Shown: positions 1-12,109 of the stretch, in pieces
How positions within the stretch are numbered: position 1 is the stretch's first letter
Layout: the number at the start of each line of letters is the position of its first letter
Origin: Macrostomum lignano
Lineage: Eukaryota
NCBI GenBank assembly: GCA_002269645.1
Contig: NIVC01003613.1
Coordinates: 1-49,074, forward strand
DNA: 49,074 nucleotides
Direction of reading: 5' to 3'
Made by a program: the position numbers and the translations under genes
Notes under the pieces: generated by a model
Database searches by the model: none
The model's input: the letters and a program-made list of their open reading frames with translations, nothing else
Told to the model about the DNA's origin: nothing

Positions 1-389
1 GCAGAATCGCAGGAAATCTAACACAATCTAACATTATAGCTCATTAATTTTTCGTCTCCCATTCCCTCCATGTTCCCCACCTCATCCCCGCTCAAAGATC
101 AATCCTCCAATGACAAAGCTCCAAAGCGGCCGCGATTACAAGACAAACAAGAAAAACGTTTAATCAAGTTACGTGTAATCAAGTTATTTCAATTAATCTG
201 AACTAATTAGAAAACTACTTATTTTGATTAGCATTCAATCACAGTTCTACAAGAAAGTCAATTGCGTGCGCTTGTTGATGTCATAGAAAATCATGTCACT
301 GCTTTATGAGCCTTCAAGGCAATTTTTCGCCAATTCTAGTGTATTTAAGATAGGAATTAGTCGAAAACTTGCATTTGCCAGCTGTATCC

Positions 390-3300
390 GTAGACTCAAT
401 ATGAGATTCTACAGATCATTAGAGCGTACCATTCGGTGTCTTCCCCAGAAAGAATCCTGTCTCTAGCTTAATCAACTTTCCAGCTATTTGAATGCGGAGA
501 TTCCGGAAATTCCAATGTATTTAAATGGGCGAATTCGGGAAAATCAATCAGGAATTGCCAAGCTCTATCAGTAGACTCAAATATGAGATTCTACAGATCA
601 TTAGAGCGTACCATTCGGTGTCTTCCCCAGAAAGAATCCTGTCTCTAGCTTAATCAGCTTTCCAGCTATTTGAATGCGGAGATTCCGGGAAATTCCAATG
701 TATTTAAATGGCGAATTCGGGAAAATCAATCAGGAATTGCCAAGCTCTATCAGTAGACTCAAATATGAGATTCTACAGATCATTAGAGCGTACCATTCGG
801 TGTCTTCCCCAGAAAGAATCCTGTCTCTAGCTTAATCAGCTTTCCAGCTATTTGAATGCGGAGATTCCCGGAAATTCCAATGTATTTAAATGGGCGAATT
901 CGGGAAAATCAATCAGGAATTGCCAAGCTCTATCAGTAGACTCAAATATGAGATTCTACAGATCATTAGAGCGTACCATTCGGTGTCTTCCCCAGAAAGA
1001 ATCCTGTCTCTAGCTTAATCAGCTTTCCAGCTATTTGAATGCGGAGATTCCGGAAATTCCAATGTATTTAAATGGGCGAATTCGGAAAATCAATCAGGAA
1101 TTGCCAAGCTCTATCAGTAGACTCAAATATGAGATTCTACAGATCATTAGAGCGTACCATTCGGTGTCTTCCCCAGAAAGAATCCTGTCTCTAGCTTAAT
1201 CAGCTTTCCAGCTATTTGAATGCGGAGATTCGGGAAATTCCAATGTATTTAAATGGGCGAATTCGGGAAAATCAATCAGGAATTGCCAAGCTCTATCAGT
1301 AGACTCAAATATGAGATTCTACAGATCATTAGAGCGTACCATTCGGTGTCTTCCCCAGAAAGAATCCTGTCTCTAGCTTAATCAGCTTTCCAGCTATTTG
1401 AATGCGGAGATTCCGGAAATTCCAATGTATTTAAATGGGCGAATTCGGGAAAATCAATCAGGAATTGCCAAGCTCTATCAGTAGACTCAAATATGAGATT
1501 CTACAGATCATTAGAGCGTACCATTCGGTGTCTTCCCCAGAAAGAATCCTGTCTCTAGCTTAATCAGCTTTCCAGCTATTTGAATGCGGAGATTCCGGAA
1601 ATTCCAATGTATTTAAATGGGCGAATTCGGGAAAATCAATCAGGAATTGCCAAGCTCTATCAGTAGACTCAAATATGAGATTCTACAGATCATTAGAGCG
1701 TACCATTCGGTGTCTTCCCCAGAAAGAATCCTGTCTCTAGCTTAATCAGCTTTCCAGCTATTTGAATGCGGAGATTCCGGGAAATTCCAATGTATTTAAA
1801 TGGGCGAATTCGGGAAAATCAATCAGGAATTGCCAAGCTCTATCAGTAGACTCAAATATGAGATTCTACAGATCATTAGAGCGTACCATTCGGTGTCTTC
1901 CCCAGAAAGAATCCTGTCTCTAGCTTAATCAGCTTTCCAGCTATTTGAATGCGGAGATTCCGGGAAATTCCAATGTATTTAAATGGGCGAATTCGGGAAA
2001 ATCAATCAGGAATTGCCAAGCTCTATCAGTAGACTCAAATATGAGATTCTACAGATCATTAGAGCGTACCATTCGGTGTCTTCCCCAGAAAGAATCCTGT
2101 CTCTAGCTTAATCAGCTTTCCAGCTATTTGAATGCGGAGATTCCGGAAAATTCCAATGTATTTAAATGGGCGAATTCGGGAAAATCAATCAGGAATTGCC
2201 AAGCTCTATCAGTAGACTCAAATATGAGATTCTACAGATCATTAGAGCGTACCATTCGGTGTCTTCCCCAGAAAGAATCCTGTCTCTAGCTTAATCAGCT
2301 TTCCAGCTATTTGAATGCGGAGATTCCGGAAAATTCCAATGTATTTAAATGGGCGAATTCGGGAAAATCAATCAGGAATTGCCAAGCTCTATCAGTAGAC
2401 TCAAATATGAGATTCTACAGATCATTAGAGCGTACCATTCGGTGTCTTCCCCAGAAAGAATCCTGTCTCTAGCTTAATCAGCTTTCCAGCTATTTGAATG
2501 CGGAGATTCCGGAAAATTCCAATGTATTTAAATGGGCGAATTCGGGAAAATCAATCAGGAATTGCCAAGCTCTATCAGTAGACTCAAATATGAGATTCTA
2601 CAGATCATTAGAGCGTACCATTCGGTGTCTTCCCCAGAAAGAATCCTGTCTCTAGCTTAATCAGCTTTCCAGCTATTTGAATGCGGAGATTCCGGGAAAT
2701 TCCAATGTATTTAAATGGGCGAATTCGGGAAAATCAATCAGGAATTGCCAAGCTCTATCAGTAGACTCAAATATGAGATTCTACAGATCATTAGAGCGTA
2801 CCATTCGGTGTCTTCCCCAGAAAGAATCCTGTCTCTAGCTTAATCAGCTTTCCAGCTATTTGAATGCGGAGATTCCGGGAAATTCCAATGTATTTAAATG
2901 GGCGAATTCGGGAAAATCAATCAGGAATTGCCAAGCTCTATCAGTAGACTCAAATATGAGATTCTACAGATCATTAGAGCGTACCATTCGGTGTCTTCCC
3001 CAGAAAGAATCCTGTCTCTAGCTTAATCAGCTTTCCAGCTATTTGAATGCGGAGATTCCGGGAAATTCCAATGTATTTAAATGGGCGAATTCGGGAAAAT
3101 CAATCAGGAATTGCCAAGCTCTATCAGTAGACTCAAATATGAGATTCTACAGATCATTAGAGCGTACCATTCGGTGTCTTCCCCAGAAAGAATCCTGTCT
3201 CTAGCTTAATCAGCTTTCCAGCTATTTGAATGCGGAGATTCCGGAAATTCCAATGTATTTAAATGGGCGAATTCGGGAAAATCAATCAGGAATTGCCAAG

Positions 3301-5479
3301 CTCTATCAGTAGACTCAAATATGAGATTCTACAGATCATTAGAGCGTACCATTCGGTGTCTTCCCCAGAAAGAATCCTGTCTCTAGCTTAATCAGCTTTC
3401 CAGCTATTTGAATGCGGAGATTCCGGGAAATTCCAATGTATTTAAATGGGCGAATTCGGGAAAATCAATCAGGAATTGCCAAGCTCTATCAGTAGACTCA
3501 AATATGAGATTCTACAGATCATTAGAGCGTACCATTCGGTGTCTTCCCCAGAAAGAATCCTGTCTCTAGCTTAATCAGCTTTCCAGCTATTTGAATGCGG
3601 AGATTCCGGGAAATTCCAATGTATTTAAATGGGCGAATTCGGGAAAATCAATCAGGAATTGCCAAGCTCTATCAGTAGACTCAAATATGAGATTCTACAG
3701 ATCATTAGAGCGTACCATTCGGTGTCTTCCCCAGAAAGAATCCTGTCTCTAGCTTAATCAGCTTTCCAGCTATTTGAATGCGGAGATTCCGGAAAATTCC
3801 AATGTATTTAAATGGGCGAATTCGGGAAAATCAATCAGGAATTGCCAAGCTCTATCAGTAGACTCAAATATGAGATTCTACAGATCATTAGAGCGTACCA
3901 TTCGGTGTCTTCCCCAGAAAGAATCCTGTCTCTAGCTTAATCAGCTTTCCAGCTATTTGAATGCGGAGATTCCGGGAAATTCCAATGTATTTAAATGGGC
4001 GAATTCGGGAAAATCAATCAGGAATTGCCAAGCTCTATCAGTAGACTCAAATATGAGATTCTACAGATCATTAGAGCGTACCATTCGGTGTCTTCCCCAG
4101 AAAGAATCCTGTCTCTAGCTTAATCAGCTTTCCAGCTATTTGAATGCGGAGATTCCGGAAATTCCAATGTATTTAAATGGGCGAATTCGGGAAAATCAAT
4201 CAGGAATTGCCAAGCTCTATCAGTAGACTCAAATATGAGATTCTACAGATCATTAGAGCGTACCATTCGGTGTCTTCCCCAGAAAGAATCCTGTCTCTAG
4301 CTTAATCAGCTTTCCAGCTATTTGAATGCGGAGATTCCGGGAAATTCCAATGTATTTAAATGGGCGAATTCGGGAAAATCAATCAGGAATTGCCAAGCTC
4401 TATCAGTAGACTCAAATATGAGATTCTACAGATCATTAGAGCGTACCATTCGGTGTCTTCCCCAGAAAGAATCCTGTCTCTAGCTTAATCAGCTTTCCAG
4501 CTATTTGAATGCGGAGATTCCGGGAAATTCCAATGTATTTAAATGGGCGAATTCGGGAAAATCAATCAGGAATTGCCAAGCTCTATCAGTAGACTCAAAT
4601 ATGAGATTCTACAGATCATTAGAGCGTACCATTCGGTGTCTTCCCCAGAAAGAATCCTGTCTCTAGCTTAATCAGCTTTCCAGCTATTTGAATGCGGAGA
4701 TTCCGGGAAATTCCAATGTATTTAAATGGGCGAATTCGGGAAAATCAATCAGGAATTGCCAAGCTCTATCAGTAGACTCAAATATGAGATTCTACAGATC
4801 ATTAGAGCGTACCATTCGGTGTCTTCCCCAGAAAGAATCCTGTCTCTAGCTTAATCAGCTTTCCAGCTATTTGAATGCGGAGATTCCGGGAAATTCCAAT
4901 GTATTTAAATGGGCGAATTCGGGAAAATCAATCAGGAATTGCCAAGCTCTATCAGTAGACTCAAATATGAGATTCTACAGATCATTAGAGCGTACCATTC
5001 GGTGTCTTCCCCAGAAAGAATCCTGTCTCTAGCTTAATCAGCTTTCCAGCTATTTGAATGCGGAGATTCCGGGAAATTCCAATGTATTTAAATGGGCGAA
5101 TTCGGGAAAATCAATCAGGAATTGCCAAGCTCTATCAGTAGACTCAAATATGAGATTCTACAGATCATTAGAGCGTACCATTCGGTGTCTTCCCCAGAAA
5201 GAATCCTGTCTCTAGCTTAATCAGCTTTCCAGCTATTTGAATGCGGAGATTCCGGGAAATTCCAATGTATTTAAATGGGCGAATTCGGGAAAATCAATCA
5301 GGAATTGCCAAGCTCTATCAGTAGACTCAAATATGAGATTCTACAGATCATTAGAGCGTACCATTCGGTGTCTTCCCCAGAAAGAATCCTGTCTCTAGCT
5401 TAATCAGCTTTCCAGCTATTTGAATGCGGAGATTCCGGGAAATTCCAATGTATTTAAATGGGCGAATTCGGGAAAATCA
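390..5479. repeat. Tandem satellite array, 183-bp consensus monomer, ~28 copies, last one partial
   Basis: The monomer start GTAGACTCAAATATGAG recurs at 571, 753, 936, 1117, 1299, 1481, 1663, 1846, 2029 ... 5321 (spacing 181-183). Copies are nearly identical, and variation is almost confined to short G/A/C runs. Confidence 0.98.
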
Positions 5480-5509
5480 GTAATTACCCAACTGTACATA
5501 TAACTAGGT

Positions 5510-5940
5510 TCGTTTTACAAACCCTAATTTTTACAACTTCGAAACCGGAACCTTTTATAAGACCTATATTTCATAAATTCTAATTTTCACAACGTCGAAA
5601 ATAGGCAATGCAGCAGATTTCCCAAGATCTAAATTTCACAGGCCCTAAATTTCATAACACCTAAAAGGCATGCACAGAATTCCACAAGCCCTAAATTTCA
5701 CAACGCCTAAAAACACTAGCTATGGAGATACAGAAGGATTTTAGAAGATTGTATCTCCATAGTGTTTTTAGGCGTTGTGAAATTTAGGGCTTGTGAAATT
5801 TAGGGCTTGTGATAAAGTTTATGCAGTCTGGTGCAAGTTTTGTTTTTGACTTTGTGAAATTTAGAGCTTTTGAAATTTCGAGCTTATGAAATACTGTGCA
5901 CAACTTTTCGACGTTGTGAAATTTAGGGTTTGTTGAAGCG
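5510..5940. repeat. Fold-back (MITE-like) inverted repeat with short subterminal repeats
   Basis: Arms 5683-5732 and 5750-5795 are reverse complements apart from a 4-nt insertion. CTAAATTTCACAA-like motifs occur several times on the left and as their reverse complement on the right. Confidence 0.7.
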
Positions 5941-7138
5941 ACCAATGAAGTAAGTACTTCATGACAAAGAGCTGCAAGATCCACATTAGCTGCATCTGAA
6001 CTGAGATTTTTTCTCTTTTTTTCTAGAGCCCTATATGTGGTGTGAATGGGCAATGTCTGAAATGAAAAATATTCTTTCACTGGTTTTGAAGCGATGCAGG
6101 ACTCATATGAGGAAGGAACCGGATGTCGGCACAATTTAGTACTCAGCGAATGAGAGCCAATGCCGTGGAGTCTTTATCGATTAACGTGCGTTAAGGGGTG
6201 GGATCATGTTTGCTTGCTTTTTGCCCCACAGAACACTGGGGCAGGACCCTCGAGTTTCGCGCAGGTCCTATATGGTCTATGGACAGTACATATACATACG
6301 TCTCTCTGGACAAGATTTTTACTGGATTCTTACCGATCTTCTACCAATGTGCCCGCTTTGACAAATGCAGCAGTCTGGTTGTCTGGTTGTGTATAGCATT
6401 GGATTCTAGATAGTTATCTAGAGCCAACAGGGAGGGTGGACAATAGAGCTCTAGAGAATAGATAGTTTTCTAGAATTCTATGGGCTGGGCTCTGCATGGA
6501 AGCCTCTGTGTTTGCTGAGAACAAAGAGGGTATCCTGGCTGTGGGCGGTGCGGAACAAAGAGCCTATATGCCGCTTCCCACTGTCTGGGCTCTGGGCCCA
6601 CTGTGAGAGAAGGGAGCTCGGGGAACTCGGAGCTCTCTAAGACTTGTGATCCCTTTGCCATCCCGATTCTATATGGTCTGTGGGCTTGGGGGATGTCTCG
6701 AGAGGTGAACTCTATTGTCCACCCTCCCTGCTGGCTCTGCTGGCTGACTGTATGGTGTTTTTTACTGCGATAGCTCCGTGTAATGAACCGAAGTTCCCCT
6801 TTGTTCTGGCCAAGATCTTGGAGCCCTCTGGCGCCATTCGAACTGTATTCTTCTTCTTCGCTGAATTTATTGAGTGAGAATTCTGCTATTCTATGACAAA
6901 GCTTTTAGTTTTACTTTAAAGTTTAAACTAAAGGTTAGGAAATACAACTGCACCAATCCCGAACAAACTCTGGCTAGTCCACATCAAAGCTCCACAGAGA
7001 CTCAGGTTTGGATAGAGTTTAGAACTACAAATTTAATAGTTTTAGAAGACTAGATTCAGAAGCCAAAGTTCAATATGCGCTCGTAGTTGCAGTTTGGAAT
7101 TTAAAGAAAAACAATAAGTACTTCACTTTTTCTCCATC

Positions 7139-9997
7139 ATGGAGAAGAGAGAAAGAAGTAGACGATCGCACCGTAGAGACGCAAAGAAATCTTTGGAAGA
7201 ATTGCTGCAAGAGACTGCAACGAACCGTAACTGCCGTGTTGCAGAAACACAGGAACAATTGAACGAGTTTCAAACTGAACCTGCAGGGCTGCAGCTACAG
7301 CTGCATCCATGAGTTTCCGCTCCCCTGTTCCCCTGGCATCGCATTTGCATCCCAACAGCTTTTCGCCCGGCCATTCAGATTCCGAGCTTGACACAATCTG
7401 TGACGACGAGCCAGAAGTTGTTGACAGAAGCTATTACTACTCAGCCGAAGCTTCAGGTAACTAATTATTGCTATTTATACTGCTAAGTATAAATTACATG
7501 TACGCACTCGCACTCGCACTGCATGTATAGATATAGATATATACATCTATATACTTTATACTATATACTATATACAGTCTGAATCTGAATATTTTAAAAA
7601 TATTTTAATATACATATATAAATGCAGTGTATTATATATATTAAGTTTAAATTAAACCCTCACCCATAAACCATCGCCCATAAACCATAGAACTAATAAA
7701 GTTCATACTATACTATAGTACATGCTATATTCATGGGCGAATGGGTTGGTGCATGGGTTTATGGGTGAAGCCATATTTCATATATTAGATGTACATACAT
7801 GTATATTTGTAAACTGCATGTATATACGAGCGTATGTTTGCTATTCTTTTATTGATTTTCTCTCCAGAGAGAAGAAAAGCTCGAATAGAAGATCAAAAAG
7901 AACGACGAGACATAGCTCGTAACTAGCTAGCTATACCAGTATGCAATTTAAACATTTTAATTAATTAAATTTTTAAGGGTATTCGTACGTATTTTTACGA
8001 GGTACATGTAGTAGAGCTTCAATTTGAGACTTTGAGTAATCACAGTGACAGGGCTAGGCTGATAATTGGTAGGCTTTAATGAAGGATAAGAGCACCAGAG
8101 ATACAGCTTTTCTTTTTGCTACACTGCACTTTCTAAAAATACCCACTCTACCTTCATCACAGACATCGAATATCAAGACGGAGACGATTTAGAAGAAGCT
8201 GGTCAACTGGAGTCAAGTGGAGTGCGAAGAATCCTGCATGACTGGGTAGAGGCGAACAACCCAAAAATAAGCTCAGTCAACGACCTCCTCAAACGCATGT
8301 CAGAGATTCACCCGGAGCTTCCCGCAGATGCTCGAACTTTGATGGAGACTCCGAGAGATCTGAATTTGAAACGCGTTGAGCCAGGTCACTACTTTCACTT
8401 TGGCATAGTAAAAGGGCTAGATTTCATTTTTTCAACTTGTCCTCTGCCGTCAAATGAAGCAATGATGTTTCATTTGTTTTTAGATGGTGCTAAGGTTTAT
8501 AAGAGTTGCAATACCACAATGTGGCCCATATTGGGTCGAGTGAAAGGAATCTCGCATTCTGATTTTGTAATTGGAATTTATTGTGGCTCAAAAAAGCCTT
8601 TGTCTGCCTCTGATTTTTTGTCGGATAGCATCTCTGAACTCAGTGACTTACTCTCTATTGGCTATATTAATTCCGGTGTTACCATCCCATTTGTTCTAGA
8701 GATGGTTATGTGTGATGCTCCTGCAAGGCACTTTGTAAAAGGTACGAAAAACTGCACTGGCTATTCTGCTTGTGACAAGTGCACCGTGCGAGGTCAGTAT
8801 GTGCATGGAAGAGTTGTTTTCTGCGACACAGATGCACCAATTAGAACTGATGCTGATTTCCGCTTTGCTAGTTCACCCGAATGTCCTCAAAATCATTTGT
8901 ACAAACAGCACGTTACATCTGCTAGCTTATTTTGTGCATTGCCAATCGATATGATTTCAACGTTTCCTGTAGACCCAATGCACCTACTGTACGAAGGAGT
9001 TGTTCATAAGTGCTTAAACAACCTAGGCTCAGCTGTTGTGCCTCATCGTGTTGCATCTGCCTCAAAGCGTGAAATTAACAGCGCACTAGAAGTTGTGGCG
9101 CAAGGCATAACCCATGACTTCCCGCGTAAGCCTCGATCATTGGATGTTTTAGGGCAGTGGAAGGCAGTCGAGTTTCGACTTTTTATTCTGTATTTGGCTC
9201 CTGTTGTCCTGCAAGGCCTTGTTTCAGACACGATGTACAGTCTGTTTGTATCCTTACACGTTTTTTCCTTTCTGCTTTCGAATCCGATCACGAGCAGCAT
9301 GCACTGCGACTATGCCGAAAGCCTTGCGAAATGGATTCTTCGTTGCTGTCAACGCCTTTGGGGGCAAGAATTCATAGTGTACAATTTGCACACCCTCATC
9401 CATATCCCTGCTGATGTTCGCCGATTTGGCCCCTTGGAGCAGTTTAGCTGCTTTTGGGGCGAAAATTTTCAACGTTTCATTGCTGCCTTTTGCCGTGGTC
9501 CCTTCATGGCTCTTCAGCAAGTTGTAAAGCGAGTCTCTGAGAGAGATGTTACGCTCGGTTTTCTTAAAAAGCATGTCAAAAAAGTACAATTAGCCCAGTT
9601 TACTCTGTCCAGGCCCATGCCTCTGCCGAACACTATTCTGCCTGTTCGAGTTTCCACAGCTTTTTCTCGCCTCGACTTACCTTTAAAGTCAACATTTCTA
9701 TCGGTTTCTAAGCCTGATTGCTATTTTATGACTCGAACTGGGCTCGTGTGTCGAGTTTTTCACATACTTTCCACTGTTGATAATTCCTGCTACCTGAATG
9801 TTTGCAGTTTTAGGCAAGCAGAGCCTCTTTATGTAACTCCGGTGAACTCTTTTGACACCAATATGATATCCGTTGTGAGTAAGCTTTCCAGCGGCTACAG
9901 TTTATTACGAAAAGAAGATATTTTCTGCAAGGCAATGCTTATCCCTTTAAAAGATAAGCAAGTCGCTTTCCCACTACTGCACTCCATGCGAAGCTGA
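7139..9997 (+). CDS. CACTA/EnSpm (CMC superfamily)-type DDE transposase, two exons (7139-7456, 8163-9997)
   Basis: The ORF 8222-9997 has motifs typical of animal EnSpm-like transposases: LFLDG..KS...WPILG, CDAPARHFVKG..GYSACDKC, DPMHLLYEG and ENFQRFI. The frame extends upstream to acceptor CACAG|8163. Donor 7456|GTAAC is phase-compatible (G+AC = Asp). Exon 1 needs a single-base frameshift near 7285. Confidence 0.8.
7660..7768. repeat. Small palindromic element in the transposase intron
   Basis: TCACCCATAAACC (7660-7672) and GGTTTATGGGTGA (7756-7768) form a perfect 13-bp inverted repeat, with internal CCCAT/ATGGG sub-repeats. Confidence 0.5.
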
Positions 9998-11176
9998 AAA
10001 ATCTGACTCTTATTCTCAGCCTTCTAATACTTTGTACTTACTTCGCTTTTCACGCTTTTCGAATGTTTAAAATGCTGTTTTTAACGTGCAATGTTCTTAG
10101 AATCTACTGCTGATTGATTCTGCATGTTTCACGTTTGCTAATCATTCACTCTCACATAACCTTTGTACAACACTAAGAAAAGTACATAAATTCAAATCAG
10201 AAGAAATAGAAATATGGCAGATAAGATATGACGACATGGGATCTATCGAGTCTGGATGGTCTGATGAAATCAGATAGATTGAAGTCATGGCATAAGAAGG
10301 TTACAACTTTTACAAGTAATTTTAAATTATTTTTCTTCCTTCCTGTCAATGAAAGGATAAACGATTAAGGAAGTAATGTCTCCGTGTCATAAATTACTGG
10401 CTCTCCAGGTTTCCCCAAGCCCCAAGGCTTAGCTTTATGGTTTCTAAAAAAATTTTTGGTTCCTTAAAGAAGATATGACTTTGTCCTATTTATTTTACCA
10501 ACAATGATCTGCAATACGATGAGCGAATCACTCATATAACGAAGGAACGAAAGAGTTTGAGCAACTGCTCACTTCATTCACATGGCCTATTGACCCGCCC
10601 AGTTGCCCCCCGCCACCCAAATCGAACAGCGCCTGTCTTAGGTGGGCGCCCTGTCACAGGAGGTTGCTCCGTTGTCCTAGAAAGGGTCACAGGCGCCAAA
10701 AGGTGCTACAAGCGCTAAAAATGGCATTCATCGCATAGGTTCTAACCTGATGCGGCGCCAGGCGCCCCTGCCTGACAAAAGGCGGCACCCTCACATTTAA
10801 TTCTCAGCCCCTATGCAAAAACCCTGGATCTGCCGCTGCTGAAAGATACAATTTCAGTACAATTTTGCTTGTCCAATGTCCAATGTTCAACTGACCAGGT
10901 GGTGAGGCCTTATTCCGGGGGCTGCTTCATTTTAATTGGTTGACTGAGGAGTGAAGACTGATGGAAATATACTTTAAAGCCAATATGCAAGTGGTAAATG
11001 AGTAAAAAGAAAACTGTTTGTATATTTTGCTTCAGCTAGCTGACTTAATCATATTGACTTCATCTTTTGTCGTTAGAATATTCTCATCAAATCTAGTTTA
11101 AGTGCTTTAGCCTTAGGTGTCATCCTAGCTCCATTTTTTTTCATAGAATTAAGAATAGCCAGCTAATCATCCGAAA

Positions 11177-12109
11177 ATGTCCCATTTGGAGAAAAAATTT
11201 GTGCTGGTCATTTTTGACGATGGCAGCATAGAGCTGACTTTAAACACGTGGTTCGAAAACCCAAATCTTGTTCGCTGGCCACCAGTATCGGACTATAAGC
11301 AAGCCATAAATGGCAGGAAGATGCCGAGTGACAAGTGGTCATTCGAGACAGTGGATATAGTTGGATCTCGGGGTAAGAAAATTCAATTGAATAGTTAATA
11401 TAAGTATTATTTTCAATATTTGAGGAATTATATTGCAGTTTTTAAACGTCTGCGTTTAGCTTTAACGTTAACTTTTTGAATATACAATACCCAATCCCAA
11501 TTCTAAGACACATAAAGCATGTGTCTTAATACGCGGGCGCGAATTATCACAATACATTGTATCAAATCAAAATGAATGAAGGCTAAAGTGCCAAATAAAA
11601 TCATTTCTCTTTGATCTTCACTGCTGCAGACTCTCTGAAGGAAGCTGTTGAATTTCGAAAGCGATTCGCAAGGAGAGGCACTATAGAGACTAGTGACTCT
11701 GATGCTCCGCGGTCTCGGCAGCCGGTAACACGCTTCATCGATGAGACAGACGGACGGGTCATGGGGCCTGATGACACGACTCGAAGTCGCAGGAAACAAC
11801 AGCAAAAGGAAAGCTCTCCACCACCGATTCTGCCAATCAGAAATTCACCACCGCCAGAGATGCCAGTACAATCGCAAACTCCCCAGTCGACAGGAGCGGC
11901 AGCAGCGGCTGATCATTCCAGCATGTTGGCGGCTACTGAGACCGACATTTTCGGCACGCCTACACTGACTGTCGCATCAACACCGGCAGCTCATAACAGG
12001 GAGCCCAACGTTCTTGCGTTCGGACAAGGGCAGCCAAACGATAGCGTCTCTGCGTCTAATTTGTGCGCTAAAGTAGAGAAGCTCACAGCAGCTGTTGAGC
12101 GGCTTGAGA
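11177..12109 (+). CDS. Partner (ORF2) gene of the EnSpm-like element, exons 11177-11372 and 11630-12109, 3' part not found
   Basis: The N-terminus VLVIFDDGSIELTLNTWF...VRWPP resembles the accessory proteins (often annotated DUF4806-containing) that I recall next to these transposases. The phase-1 intron 11373-11629 joins the two ORFs in frame (G+AC = Asp). A donor GTGAGT at 12110 has no recognisable downstream exon. Confidence 0.6.

Noticed and set aside
390-5479. Satellite (and the 30-bp array at 46.8-47.5 kb) as a CRISPR array
   Set aside because: There are no unique spacers and no cas genes, and the context is eukaryotic.
6470-6890. Minus-strand ORF fragments as a retroelement relic
   Set aside because: No RT, protease or endonuclease motif that I can recognise.
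10261-10284. Hammerhead-like CTGATGA-AATC-AGATA-GATT-GAAG
   Set aside because: Stem II forms, but the core has GAAG instead of GAAA, and I could not build stems I and III with a valid NUH site. The CTGATGA at 12787 lacks the GAAA half entirely.
10579-10838. GGCGCC-rich patch ending in CCCTGGATCTGCCGCTG, resembling a MITE terminus
   Set aside because: Only one end is visible, with no matching TIR or TSD, so I cannot delimit an element.
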